Virus record (IMG/VR): IMGVR_UViG_3300013123_000008
Location: 1 to 52,904 of that record
Strand: one strand, 5' to 3'
DNA length: 52,904 nt
From: a virus
Lineage: Duplodnaviria; Caudoviricetes
Position 1 is the stretch's first letter. Each line of letters begins with the position of its first letter. The notes below the pieces were generated by a model. That model made no database searches, was not told the origin of the DNA, and worked only from the letters and a program-made list of their open reading frames with translations. Shown one piece after another: positions 20,337-29,780 of the stretch. A program made the position numbers and the translations under genes.

Positions 20337-21453
20337 AATGAAACTTGCCGTAATTAAATTCGGTGGAAGAATTAATGGTAATGGTGATGGCGCTATAGGT
20401 GGAGAAGTATTAATTGCTGTAGATCTTTTAGTAAAAGGTGGTAACGAAGTACATTGTTATACAAAATTGTGTAATAAAGACATCTTAATTAAAGATGTTA
20501 TATTTCATGATTCTTCTACATTTGACCCAAATACTCAATATGATGCTCTAATTGTTATAAATGGTAATATTAATTTTTATGGTGGTTTAACTTCAACTGT
20601 TGAAATGGACAATTTAAAAATTATAAATTCATTTAAAGGTAAAGTTATTTACATGTTATTTGATCCTATGTTACCACTAAAACAATACTGGGATGGCATT
20701 AAAATTAAACAAGATAAATATAACTGGTCAGATAAATACACAGAAAAAGAAATGTTTATAGAACGAGATGATATTATTTATATTTCTCAACCTTATAATC
20801 TTCAGGCAGTAGATACAATTTTACAAAAGACTGGAGTCAAACACAAATACATAGTACACTATCCTTTATATAAGATGCATTTGGCATACTATGATAGATT
20901 AACATTTAATAATAATCCTAGACTTGTAGATTTATCATACGGTGGAACATTTAGAAATAAAAAACGCGAAGATAAACTTATAAAATTTTATTTTGGATAT
21001 CCAGATAACTATAACATAGACATATTTGGTAAAATTAAACTTGATAATTTTACTTCTAAAAAAATTATAAATCTAACAAGTCCTAAATTTACTTCTGGAG
21101 TACCTCATAATCATGTAAGATATAGAATGGAAAAATCTTTAGGTACAGTAGTCATAGGAGATAAATGGTATGAAGGTAAAAATTTAGCACAAAGAGTATA
21201 TGAGAATATTTTATCAAACACTATTAATTTTATCGATTTAGATTTAGATCCTATGAGGTTAGTATATAGTCATGATACTTTTTTTGATATGCTGTATGTC
21301 AAAGACAGAGAAGAAGTTATACGTGTTTTAGATATGATAAAAGAACATCCCGACAGATTAAAAGATATTTGTGATGCCCAATATGATTGTGTATCAATTA
21401 ATAAACAACAATATATAGATGATTTAACAGACATGATAGGAAATTTAACATAA
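20326..21453 (+). CDS. bgt: DNA glycosyltransferase, T4 beta-glucosyltransferase homologue
   Basis: Colinear with recalled T4 BGT: YDALIVINGNINFYGG, YTEKE, ISQ, YGGTFR..KRE.K, IGDK.Y, RVYE, FID...D, YV..REE. Confidence 0.85.
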   Translation: MKNKMKLAVIKFGGRINGNGDGAIGGEVLIAVDLLVKGGNEVHCYTKLCNKDILIKDVIFHDSSTFDPNTQYDALIVINGNINFYGGLTSTVEMDNLKIINSFKGKVIYMLFDPMLPLKQYWDGIKIKQDKYNWSDKYTEKEMFIERDDIIYISQPYNLQAVDTILQKTGVKHKYIVHYPLYKMHLAYYDRLTFNNNPRLVDLSYGGTFRNKKREDKLIKFYFGYPDNYNIDIFGKIKLDNFTSKKIINLTSPKFTSGVPHNHVRYRMEKSLGTVVIGDKWYEGKNLAQRVYENILSNTINFIDLDLDPMRLVYSHDTFFDMLYVKDREEVIRVLDMIKEHPDRLKDICDAQYDCVSINKQQYIDDLTDMIGNLT

Positions 21454-22028
21454 TGAAATTTAATACATATATTGAATACATGAATAAGATTTATACTGAT
21501 TCATTATTTGAAACTGCAGTTGATAATTTTATAGTAGATGCAAAAATGGCAAAACGTATATTTTTTATAGGTAACGGTGGTTCTGCATCATTAGCATCTC
21601 ATTTTGCTCAAGATATTAATAAAGCAACACAACCTAGTTTAAAAATATTTTCAATTCAGAGGACTACTGCTATTTCATTATGTGATAATACTGCATTTAT
21701 TACAGCTTTAGCTAATGATGATGGGTATGAAACAATATTTACACAACAACTTGAAGCTCATAACTTTGATCCATCCCATGATTTATTATTTGCAATATCA
21801 TGTAGTGGTAATTCTAAAAATGTTGTTAATGCAATAAAATATATTCCTTATGAATTACGACAATGTGTTTATATAATGACAGCGTTTAATGGTGGTGAAA
21901 TATGCACATTAGTATCTCCACACCATCATATGCACATCCATACTAATGATATTTATACTGCCGAATCTCTACACTCAGTTTTACATCATTATATTATAAT
22001 TAGATTGATAGAAGGTTATAATGATTAA
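21453..22028 (+). CDS. gmhA: GmhA-like SIS-domain sugar-phosphate isomerase
   Basis: GNGGSASLASH, TALANDDGY..IF..Q, AISCSGNSKNV, E..H motifs. Confidence 0.85.
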   Translation: MKFNTYIEYMNKIYTDSLFETAVDNFIVDAKMAKRIFFIGNGGSASLASHFAQDINKATQPSLKIFSIQRTTAISLCDNTAFITALANDDGYETIFTQQLEAHNFDPSHDLLFAISCSGNSKNVVNAIKYIPYELRQCVYIMTAFNGGEICTLVSPHHHMHIHTNDIYTAESLHSVLHHYIIIRLIEGYND

Positions 22029-23865
22029 TATTCCAAAAGATTTTTTTACTAGTTCTAAACATCCATTTAAAATTTTATTAATTTCAGGCGGGCATGGGTC
22101 ATCTGATTTTATTAAGAAGATATGGGAAAAAGAAGTATATAAAAAGAATATTCAAATTAAAGTATTATTTAATCCATTTGACGACGGTGCTTCTTATGGT
22201 ATAGTTAGAGATAAACTTGGTGTATCATGTTTAGGTGATGGTAGAAAAAATCAATATAATATGTTTTTACAATTATATGGTGATAAATTACCAGATTATG
22301 TAAGAGAAATTTATTATCTTTTATTTGAAAAGCGTCACTCGTTTGCTAGTAGTACAATATACATAGATACATTAGCAACACATATTTGGACTTTACTGGA
22401 AGCACACAAACATCATATAAATGAACCATATCACTTTACAACAGATGGTATTAAAATATTACATATTATTATTGATTCATTAAAACATTTTGCTGAAAAA
22501 GTATATACAAATACCCCGCATGACAGTTTTAATTTATCAAATATGTTTTATGGTATAATGGAGTTATATTCTACAAGTAGTCTTCAGGATTTATTAGATT
22601 CAATTTCACATTCTATATTTTGTTTAGGACCCAATAGTGTCATAACGTCATTAAATGATAGTGCTAGATTAATATCTAGGACAGAAAGAGGTATGACACT
22701 TTCACGTGAAACCCCAGATGTCATTGATTTTAAAAATCATTATAAAGTTGTAGGATATGATAATATTGTTGAACAGAGTATTGACTCATTTGAACAACAT
22801 AAAACTCCATTAAATTATTATATAGATAATAATGTTAAAAATTATATTTTAAATTGTGATTTAATGTTAATATGTCCAGGCACATTGTATAGTTCATTAA
22901 ATCCTACATTCTTAAATTACAATATTTTAGATTTGGTTACAAGATCAAATAGTAAAAAGTATATGTATATTAATGATATACCAGATACTGATTTTATGAC
23001 TAGTGATTATAGTAATTTAGATGAATACTATCGTAACTCGGTATTTAATAAAAACAAAGGTTTAATAGATAAATTTACACTATTACACAAAACCCATACT
23101 AATATTATTAGTGGTAAACAAATATTAAAAGTTGACTATGATAAATTTTTATATAGTTTATTATCTTATTACTTCTTTGATAGGTTAGTAGATTTAAATG
23201 AAATTCACAAGTTAAATTTAATTTTAGATTATGATGGCACAATATATTCATTAACTGATCCAGAAAGTACTGATACAATTGTTACTATAATTAATGATAG
23301 AATAGATTCTGACAAGTTGTTTATATCAACTGGTAACTATGTTATTAGAGAACATACCGTTAAATTAAAGGAACATAAAAATATTTTCCTTTCTAATGTA
23401 TATAATCCCGACCACACCCGTGACGACATTGATTTTTACGCCGGGTTTTTATTGAACAAGGACATAGTTTCACAATTAGATAAATATGAAAAATTGTATC
23501 CAATAGAAAATTTATTATTAAGTGATAGACATAATGATATAATATCTACAATTAAACATGTTAATACACATACTAGACACTTGATAAGTTCTGATTTAAA
23601 TAGAAAATTACTAAATTATGATATTGCACATGGACAACAACATATTCTAACATATTGTTTAGGTAAGACATCAATTGATTTTATTTATTCAGATTATTTA
23701 AAACAAAATTTAGATAAGTTTATAAATTTAAAATTTTCAATTTATATTGGAGATGGAGTAAATAACCCGTATTCAAATGACAGTAAAATTGCAAAAAAAT
23801 GTAAATACGGAGTTAATGTAAAAAGTTTAGTAGAAACATTATTATTTATTGAGGCATGTAATTGA
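22021..23865 (+). CDS. Fusion of a CofD/YvcK (UPF0052)-like domain and a HAD-IIB (phosphomannomutase-like) domain
   Basis: N-term SGGHGS, NPFDDGASYG, GDGRK, PGTLYSSL.P; C-term LDYDGT, STGN, GKTSID, YIGD...SND. Confidence 0.7.
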   Translation: MINIPKDFFTSSKHPFKILLISGGHGSSDFIKKIWEKEVYKKNIQIKVLFNPFDDGASYGIVRDKLGVSCLGDGRKNQYNMFLQLYGDKLPDYVREIYYLLFEKRHSFASSTIYIDTLATHIWTLLEAHKHHINEPYHFTTDGIKILHIIIDSLKHFAEKVYTNTPHDSFNLSNMFYGIMELYSTSSLQDLLDSISHSIFCLGPNSVITSLNDSARLISRTERGMTLSRETPDVIDFKNHYKVVGYDNIVEQSIDSFEQHKTPLNYYIDNNVKNYILNCDLMLICPGTLYSSLNPTFLNYNILDLVTRSNSKKYMYINDIPDTDFMTSDYSNLDEYYRNSVFNKNKGLIDKFTLLHKTHTNIISGKQILKVDYDKFLYSLLSYYFFDRLVDLNEIHKLNLILDYDGTIYSLTDPESTDTIVTIINDRIDSDKLFISTGNYVIREHTVKLKEHKNIFLSNVYNPDHTRDDIDFYAGFLLNKDIVSQLDKYEKLYPIENLLLSDRHNDIISTIKHVNTHTRHLISSDLNRKLLNYDIAHGQQHILTYCLGKTSIDFIYSDYLKQNLDKFINLKFSIYIGDGVNNPYSNDSKIAKKCKYGVNVKSLVETLLFIEACN

Positions 23866-24578
23866 CATCATTTGCAATAATTTTGGCAGCAGGTAAACAA
23901 ACCCGGTTTGATTCTAATATACCTAAGTGTTTATACCCATATAAAAAAGATACTACAAAAACTATTTTAGAAAAAAATATAGAAATTGCGCACGCGTGGG
24001 GGTGTCACGTTGTAGTAGTATTAAATAGTGAAACTGATAATAGTAATATTATAAAAATTTTAAAATTACATAATAATATTAATATTACAATTGTTGATAT
24101 TATATCGGGCAAAGGTACTGGTCATGCAGTATACGAGGCGATAAAGCATTTATATATAAATGATGATGACAAGTGTTTTTTAATGTGGGGTGATTCAATA
24201 CAAGATAATATTGATTTATATAGGTTAACAGACAATGCGTATAATAATATAATGACTGTACCATTAAAAAGAGAAGATAAATGTTATATGAAATTTGTCG
24301 TTGATCCACATACAAGTTTGATTACAGGCGCCTATCACCCTTCAGGTATTGAATCAGGTTATCATGATTATTCATTTTTTTTATTTAATATAAAACATAT
24401 ATTTAACTTATTGTCTATATATGTATCGAAGAGTACTTCTACTATATTTAATAATATATATCCTGAAATAGATTTTATCCAATTATTTAATTTTTATCCA
24501 AATACGTTTAATTCAATTTTTCCAGAATATTCATCTATAAATGCGTTTAATACTATTAAGGAATATGAAGAATTATGA
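23862..24578 (+). CDS. Sugar-1-phosphate nucleotidyltransferase (NTP_transferase / GlmU-N-like)
   Basis: IILAAGKQTRF...PKCL, GTGHAV, MWGD, FNT. Confidence 0.85.
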   Translation: MTSFAIILAAGKQTRFDSNIPKCLYPYKKDTTKTILEKNIEIAHAWGCHVVVVLNSETDNSNIIKILKLHNNINITIVDIISGKGTGHAVYEAIKHLYINDDDKCFLMWGDSIQDNIDLYRLTDNAYNNIMTVPLKREDKCYMKFVVDPHTSLITGAYHPSGIESGYHDYSFFLFNIKHIFNLLSIYVSKSTSTIFNNIYPEIDFIQLFNFYPNTFNSIFPEYSSINAFNTIKEYEEL

Positions 24579-25441
24579 AAATACAAGGTAGTACATTTGC
24601 AGAAATTTATGAACAATTAATAAAAAGTATTTATTTAAATCCAGAATATATTTCATCACCTCGAGGTATGAAAATAAAAGAACAAACTAATTTAGAAATT
24701 ACATTAACTGATCCAACATCAAATTTATTTACCAATGTACATAGAAGTCCAAACCCAAATTATTTATATCCAGAATTACTTTGGTATTTTTTAGGTCGTA
24801 ATGATTTAGATTTTATATCAAATTATTCTAAATTTTGGAATAAACTAACAAACGACGGAATTTTGAATAGCGCATATGGTAATTTATTATTTACTCAGAA
24901 AAATGAACATGGATATTCTGAATATGGGTGGGCACTTGAGTCCTTAATTAATGATAAGGATTCCAGACAATCAATTCTACGATTTAATAAACCTGTTCAT
25001 TCATATAAAGGTAATAAAGATTTTGTATGTACGTTAAATGGAATATTTAATATTAGAAATAATAAATTAAATTTTACTACAACAATGAGGTCACAAGATG
25101 TATGGTTTGGAATAACATATGATATGCCATTTTTTACTATATTAATGCAGCAAGTGTTATTACATTTACAGGAATATTATCCTGATTTGACTTTAGGTAA
25201 GTACGTACACTATGTATTAAGTGAACATATTTATGAAAAAGATTTTAATAATATAGAACAAATGTTATTACATCCTTTTATTCCAGATTCAACACCACTC
25301 GTGAAATATAATCTGATAGATAAATATTGTAAACCATCCGATAAATTGTTATACGCATTAAATACACGTAATGTATTACTTCCTGAATACACTAATGACG
25401 ATCTTATAAATAATATTATTAAGTATTTAAAAATCAAATGA
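24575..25441 (+). CDS. Thymidylate synthase homologue, probably a dCMP hydroxymethylase-type enzyme
   Basis: SAYG, DSRQ, DFVCT catalytic Cys, MRSQDVWFGITYD (Asp at the dUMP/dCMP specificity position), HIYE. Confidence 0.8.
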   Translation: MKIQGSTFAEIYEQLIKSIYLNPEYISSPRGMKIKEQTNLEITLTDPTSNLFTNVHRSPNPNYLYPELLWYFLGRNDLDFISNYSKFWNKLTNDGILNSAYGNLLFTQKNEHGYSEYGWALESLINDKDSRQSILRFNKPVHSYKGNKDFVCTLNGIFNIRNNKLNFTTTMRSQDVWFGITYDMPFFTILMQQVLLHLQEYYPDLTLGKYVHYVLSEHIYEKDFNNIEQMLLHPFIPDSTPLVKYNLIDKYCKPSDKLLYALNTRNVLLPEYTNDDLINNIIKYLKIK

Positions 25442-25929
25442 CAACAGATAAACAAATTAAACTTGATCATGTGTTTATGAATATTGCGTATCAATTTGCA
25501 TCTTTATCAAATTGTGTATCACACAAAGTTGGTGCTATCGCGGTTAAAGATGGAAGAATTGTTTCAACCGGATATAATGGAAGTTTGGTGGGAATGATGA
25601 ACTGTTGTGAGTTATTTCCTAATTATAATAAATTAACAGATAGAAATTTACATCATTGTTGGAGTAATGACCATGAAATACATGCAGAGATGAATGTGAT
25701 TTTATATGCAAGTAAACATGGTATATCTTTAGATGGGTCGACATTATATACAACTGTTCATCCTTGTAATCAGTGTTTAAAAAATATATTACATGTTGGA
25801 ATAACAACGATTAATTATGATGTTGATTATGATCTAAGTACAAAAAGTAATATGATGCAAGATTATATAACAAAAAATAAAATTAAAATACGCAAATTAA
25901 TTAAAATACGCGGAGACTCAAATGAATAA
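25438..25929 (+). CDS. dCMP deaminase
   Basis: KVGA, STGYNG, HAEMN, PCNQC. Confidence 0.92.
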   Translation: MTTDKQIKLDHVFMNIAYQFASLSNCVSHKVGAIAVKDGRIVSTGYNGSLVGMMNCCELFPNYNKLTDRNLHHCWSNDHEIHAEMNVILYASKHGISLDGSTLYTTVHPCNQCLKNILHVGITTINYDVDYDLSTKSNMMQDYITKNKIKIRKLIKIRGDSNE

Positions 25930-26425
25930 ACAAATAAGAAATAATGTTAATACAAGCATAACAGGTGTACTTGAATTTGATTCAGATTGTAAAGTAAATT
26001 CTAATGTTGATAATAATTTACAATCTACCCAACTTCATACATTACCAAGTGATGAATTTGTAAATTTTAAATTATCATTATCACCGGAGGATATTGAACT
26101 CGTCCACAATATGGAAACTAAATATCCACAGATGACGGAAGAATTTAAACGTATTTGCACAACTCAATATTTAATGTTCCTCAGAAAACAAAATGACTAT
26201 GGTCCAAGTAATATTACATTTAATTCAGATTTAAACGATGAACAAGATCTTAGATTAAGTTTAACAGGTATTGTTGTAAGATTGAATGATAAAATTAATA
26301 GATTAGTTAATTTAATTCTTAAAAAAAATAAAACCTTAAACGAATCTGTTGAAGATTCTTTTTTGGACATGAGTGTTTATTCTAAAATAGCTCTTATAGT
26401 GTCGTCTAAGAAATGGGGTAAATAG
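25922..26425 (+). CDS. Nucleotide-modification-associated domain 1 (DUF1599-like) protein
   Basis: KQNDYG, VRLNDKINRL, ESVEDSFLD..VY. Confidence 0.75.
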   Translation: MNKQIRNNVNTSITGVLEFDSDCKVNSNVDNNLQSTQLHTLPSDEFVNFKLSLSPEDIELVHNMETKYPQMTEEFKRICTTQYLMFLRKQNDYGPSNITFNSDLNDEQDLRLSLTGIVVRLNDKINRLVNLILKKNKTLNESVEDSFLDMSVYSKIALIVSSKKWGK

Positions 26426-27291
26426 TGATACGCCTATCCTATTCTCAATTTAATACATGGAAGGCATGCCCATATCATTGGAAAGTAGCTTATATAGATA
26501 AAGTAAAAACCAAAACTCAGAACATACATTCATTATTTGGTACTGCACTTCATATAACGTTACAAGATTATCTTACATTTTATTATAATAAAACCATTAG
26601 AGAATCAAATGAATTAAATCTTCATGAAATGCTTCTTAAGAACATGTTGAAAGAAATGGAAATATGTGAGACGGAAGGAATAGAAAATTCTATTACTCAG
26701 GCAGAATTGATGGAATTTTATGAAGATGGTATGAAAATTCTAACTTGGTTTAGAAAAAATGTTTCTTTATATTTTGGTAAAAAAAATATGGTCTTACACG
26801 GATGTGAAATACCATTAGAAACTGATTTAGGGAATGGTAGTCAATTTATTGGTAAAATGGATATAGTTATTGAGGATAGAGACCAAAGTGTAATAAAGAT
26901 TATTGATTTTAAAAAATCATATAGGGGATGGCATGAAAATGCAAAAAAAGATCTAATGAAAAAAGGACAATTACAACTTTATAAATACATGTATTCTATG
27001 CAATTTGGTACACCTATTAAAAACATAGATATAGAATTTTTAATATTAAAACAAAAGGTAAATGAACTATCGGAATTTGCAAATGCTAGAAAACGAGTAC
27101 AAAAATTTGAACCGCCGTCTGGTAAAATTGTACTTAATAAAATATTTGACGAATTTATGAATTTTTCTAATACTGTTACTAAGAATGGTGAATACAACGT
27201 TGATATTGAATATCTTCCAACCCCTTCTAAAAAATCGTGTGAATATTGTCCATTTAAAAACAACAAAGAAATTTGTAATGTAGGAGTATAA
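26425..27291 (+). CDS. PD-(D/E)XK exonuclease (RecB/Cas4-like)
   Basis: LSYSQ...CP, GTALH, GKMD, IIDFK, QLQLY, C-terminal CEYCPF..C. Confidence 0.85.
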   Translation: MIRLSYSQFNTWKACPYHWKVAYIDKVKTKTQNIHSLFGTALHITLQDYLTFYYNKTIRESNELNLHEMLLKNMLKEMEICETEGIENSITQAELMEFYEDGMKILTWFRKNVSLYFGKKNMVLHGCEIPLETDLGNGSQFIGKMDIVIEDRDQSVIKIIDFKKSYRGWHENAKKDLMKKGQLQLYKYMYSMQFGTPIKNIDIEFLILKQKVNELSEFANARKRVQKFEPPSGKIVLNKIFDEFMNFSNTVTKNGEYNVDIEYLPTPSKKSCEYCPFKNNKEICNVGV

Positions 27292-27758
27292 TGAATAAAA
27301 ATGTAATTACAATCAGAATAGAAATAATAAGTAATGTAGTAAATAATACTGAATTTTTACAATATATAGAATATTTTTTAGAAGGTTTAGAGTCAACTAT
27401 ACCTGTTAAATTTATATTGTATTTAGATACTATTAACTCTATTTATAATAATATACGCGACCAAATTATTAATAAAAATATTGTAATTACAAATAATATA
27501 GATTATAGTTTATATACATTCGATTTACATCATGATACAAATAATGAGTATAGTCATTCATCTAAATTCTATTTTACTTATACAGATTACAATTCGTTTA
27601 TTACTAATTTAGTACAACTTTTTAGTGCTATTAAAGCGTTATTAAATCACAAGGAATCTATTAATGAAAATCGGAATGATGGGAAGCATATATTTTACAA
27701 AAAGGCAGGAAGTAAAAGATATGATGTGGATGATAAAAAGCGAACTTCCAACAGATGA
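27291..27758 (+). CDS. Hypothetical protein
   Basis: 155-aa ORF coupled to the previous stop; overlaps the next gene by 95 nt. Confidence 0.5.
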   Translation: MNKNVITIRIEIISNVVNNTEFLQYIEYFLEGLESTIPVKFILYLDTINSIYNNIRDQIINKNIVITNNIDYSLYTFDLHHDTNNEYSHSSKFYFTYTDYNSFITNLVQLFSAIKALLNHKESINENRNDGKHIFYKKAGSKRYDVDDKKRTSNR

Positions 27759-28071
27759 TACTCAAATTATATGCACAGGAAAAAAATTTGGAGCAGACAA
27801 ATTTATCAAAGAATATTCTTTATTTTTTGATTTAAAATATAGTGAAATACTTCCATACCACGAGAGATGGAATCAATATTGTCGTGAACAACCTTTTATG
27901 TATAATAAACAGTTTAATAGTAAATATTACTTTATTGCATACAATAAGTTTGTAAAAGTATCTGATAACATTATTATATTTGATTATTCTAAACAATTAG
28001 ATCCTACGGTTACTAATATAATAGAATTATGTAAAAAGAATAATAAAAAATATGTTATTGTTAAAATATAG
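27664..28071 (+). CDS. SLOG/YspA-like protein
   Basis: MKIGMMGS, GAD motif, C-terminal T.NII.LC.K.NK; AAGGA RBS. Confidence 0.6.
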   Translation: MKIGMMGSIYFTKRQEVKDMMWMIKSELPTDDTQIICTGKKFGADKFIKEYSLFFDLKYSEILPYHERWNQYCREQPFMYNKQFNSKYYFIAYNKFVKVSDNIIIFDYSKQLDPTVTNIIELCKKNNKKYVIVKI

Positions 28072-28112
28072 AAATACCTATCATATTTATTATTAAAATC
28101 GGAGTTATATAA

Positions 28113-28664
28113 ATGATTAATGGTTACGAACATATACCTAAATTACAAAGAAAAAATATACTTTTATTGTCTGATGACTTGAGATTGTTTTCTGGTATAG
28201 GTACAATGTCTAGACAATTTGTTCTAGGTACTGCACATAGATACAATTGGTATCAAGTTGGTGCAGCAATTAATCATCCAGACACAGGCAAACGGATAGA
28301 TATATCTGAAGATGTAAATAAACATATAGGTATAAATGATTCTCAAATATATATTCAACCATATAATGGATATGGTGATCCTGATTTAATTAGAGCATTG
28401 ATGACTGAATTTAAATTTGATGCACTAATGCATTTTACAGATCCTAGACAATTTATTTGGTTATATCAGATGGCTCATGAAATTAGACAAAAGATTCCTA
28501 TTCTTTATTATAATATATGGGATAATTTACCATACCCAATGTATAATAAAGCGTATTATGAATCATGTGATGCATTGTTTTCAATATCGCGTCAAACATT
28601 TAATATTAATAAAGTTGTTCTAGGTGAAGATAATTTTACAATTATAAGGGATGTCAATGAGTAA
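28113..28664 (+). CDS. GT4-type glycosyltransferase, N-terminal half
   Basis: ILLLSDD...SGIGT, FTDPRQF.W, YYNIWD, YESCD. Confidence 0.75.
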   Translation: MINGYEHIPKLQRKNILLLSDDLRLFSGIGTMSRQFVLGTAHRYNWYQVGAAINHPDTGKRIDISEDVNKHIGINDSQIYIQPYNGYGDPDLIRALMTEFKFDALMHFTDPRQFIWLYQMAHEIRQKIPILYYNIWDNLPYPMYNKAYYESCDALFSISRQTFNINKVVLGEDNFTIIRDVNE

Positions 28665-29538
28665 GCCATATCTATCATATATACCACATGGTATTAACCC
28701 AACTGAATATTATAAAATTCAACCTGAAGATTTAGAATATAAAGAATTAATAGAATTTAGAAATAAACTATTCAATAATAAAGATTATGAATTTGTTATT
28801 CTTTTTAATAACAGAAATATAAGAAGAAAAAATACAAGTAATATAATATTAGCATTTAATGATTTTTGTAAAAAATATTCTAAAGAAATAAATAGTAAGT
28901 TTGCATTAGTATTACATACTCAGACAATAGATCCTAATGGTACTGATTTATTTGCAGTTAAAAATGCAGTATGTAAAGACTATAATGTTATTTTTCATGA
29001 AGATAGATTACATCCTAAAGAATTAAATTTTCTTTATAATATTAGTGATGTAACTATTAATGTAGCTTTTGCTGAAGGTTTTGGTTTATCCACTGCCGAA
29101 TCACTTATGGCCGAAACAATGATAATTGCTACGGTTACTGGAGGTCTTCAAGACCAAATGGGATTTAGAGATGACGCAGGGCATTTGTTATGTTTTACAA
29201 AAACTTGGCCATCTAATCATAATGCATTAATAAAAACTCACGGCGATTGGGCAATACCCATATATCCGGTTGTACACAATTTAACAGGTTCTCCACCAAC
29301 CCCTTATATATTTGATGACCATACTTCAATACATGATATAACCTTTGCATTAGATAATGTATTTTCTATAGGAAAACAGGTTAGAGATAAAAACGGTAAA
29401 GAAGGTCGCAAATTTATGTTATCTAAAGAATCTAAAATGAGTACAGAATCAATGTGTAATACATTTATGTCTGATATAGAATTTGTGTTAAATAATTGGA
29501 CACCACAACCCCGATATGAAATGTTGAGGTTTGAATGA
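28651..29538 (+). CDS. GT4-type glycosyltransferase, C-terminal half
   Basis: YIPHGIN, NRNIRRK, EGFGLSTAESL, TGGLQDQ. Confidence 0.85.
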   Translation: MSMSKPYLSYIPHGINPTEYYKIQPEDLEYKELIEFRNKLFNNKDYEFVILFNNRNIRRKNTSNIILAFNDFCKKYSKEINSKFALVLHTQTIDPNGTDLFAVKNAVCKDYNVIFHEDRLHPKELNFLYNISDVTINVAFAEGFGLSTAESLMAETMIIATVTGGLQDQMGFRDDAGHLLCFTKTWPSNHNALIKTHGDWAIPIYPVVHNLTGSPPTPYIFDDHTSIHDITFALDNVFSIGKQVRDKNGKEGRKFMLSKESKMSTESMCNTFMSDIEFVLNNWTPQPRYEMLRFE

Positions 29539-29780
29539 AAAAAAAATTAAGTGAAAAATTAAAAAATGTTTGGTTATATATAACTTTTAATTTATTACAC
29601 ATGTCTATTAAATTTAAAGTATATAAATGGTTGTATTTTATTAAATGTATATTTAGTTTAAATAATAAATTGGACCCAATTATAAATATCCAAAATTTAG
29701 AAATAACAGATCTTAACAAAACATTAAATAAATTAATAAATAACCCATCAGTAATATTGGACAGAAAATATGATAACTAA
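29535..29780 (+). CDS. Hypothetical protein
   Basis: 81-aa ORF with ATGA overlap. Confidence 0.45.
   Translation: MKKKLSEKLKNVWLYITFNLLHMSIKFKVYKWLYFIKCIFSLNNKLDPIINIQNLEITDLNKTLNKLINNPSVILDRKYDN

Noticed and set aside
26425-27291. Cas4-like nuclease as evidence of a CRISPR system
   Set aside because: No repeat-spacer array or other cas genes; stand-alone PD-(D/E)XK nucleases are common in phages
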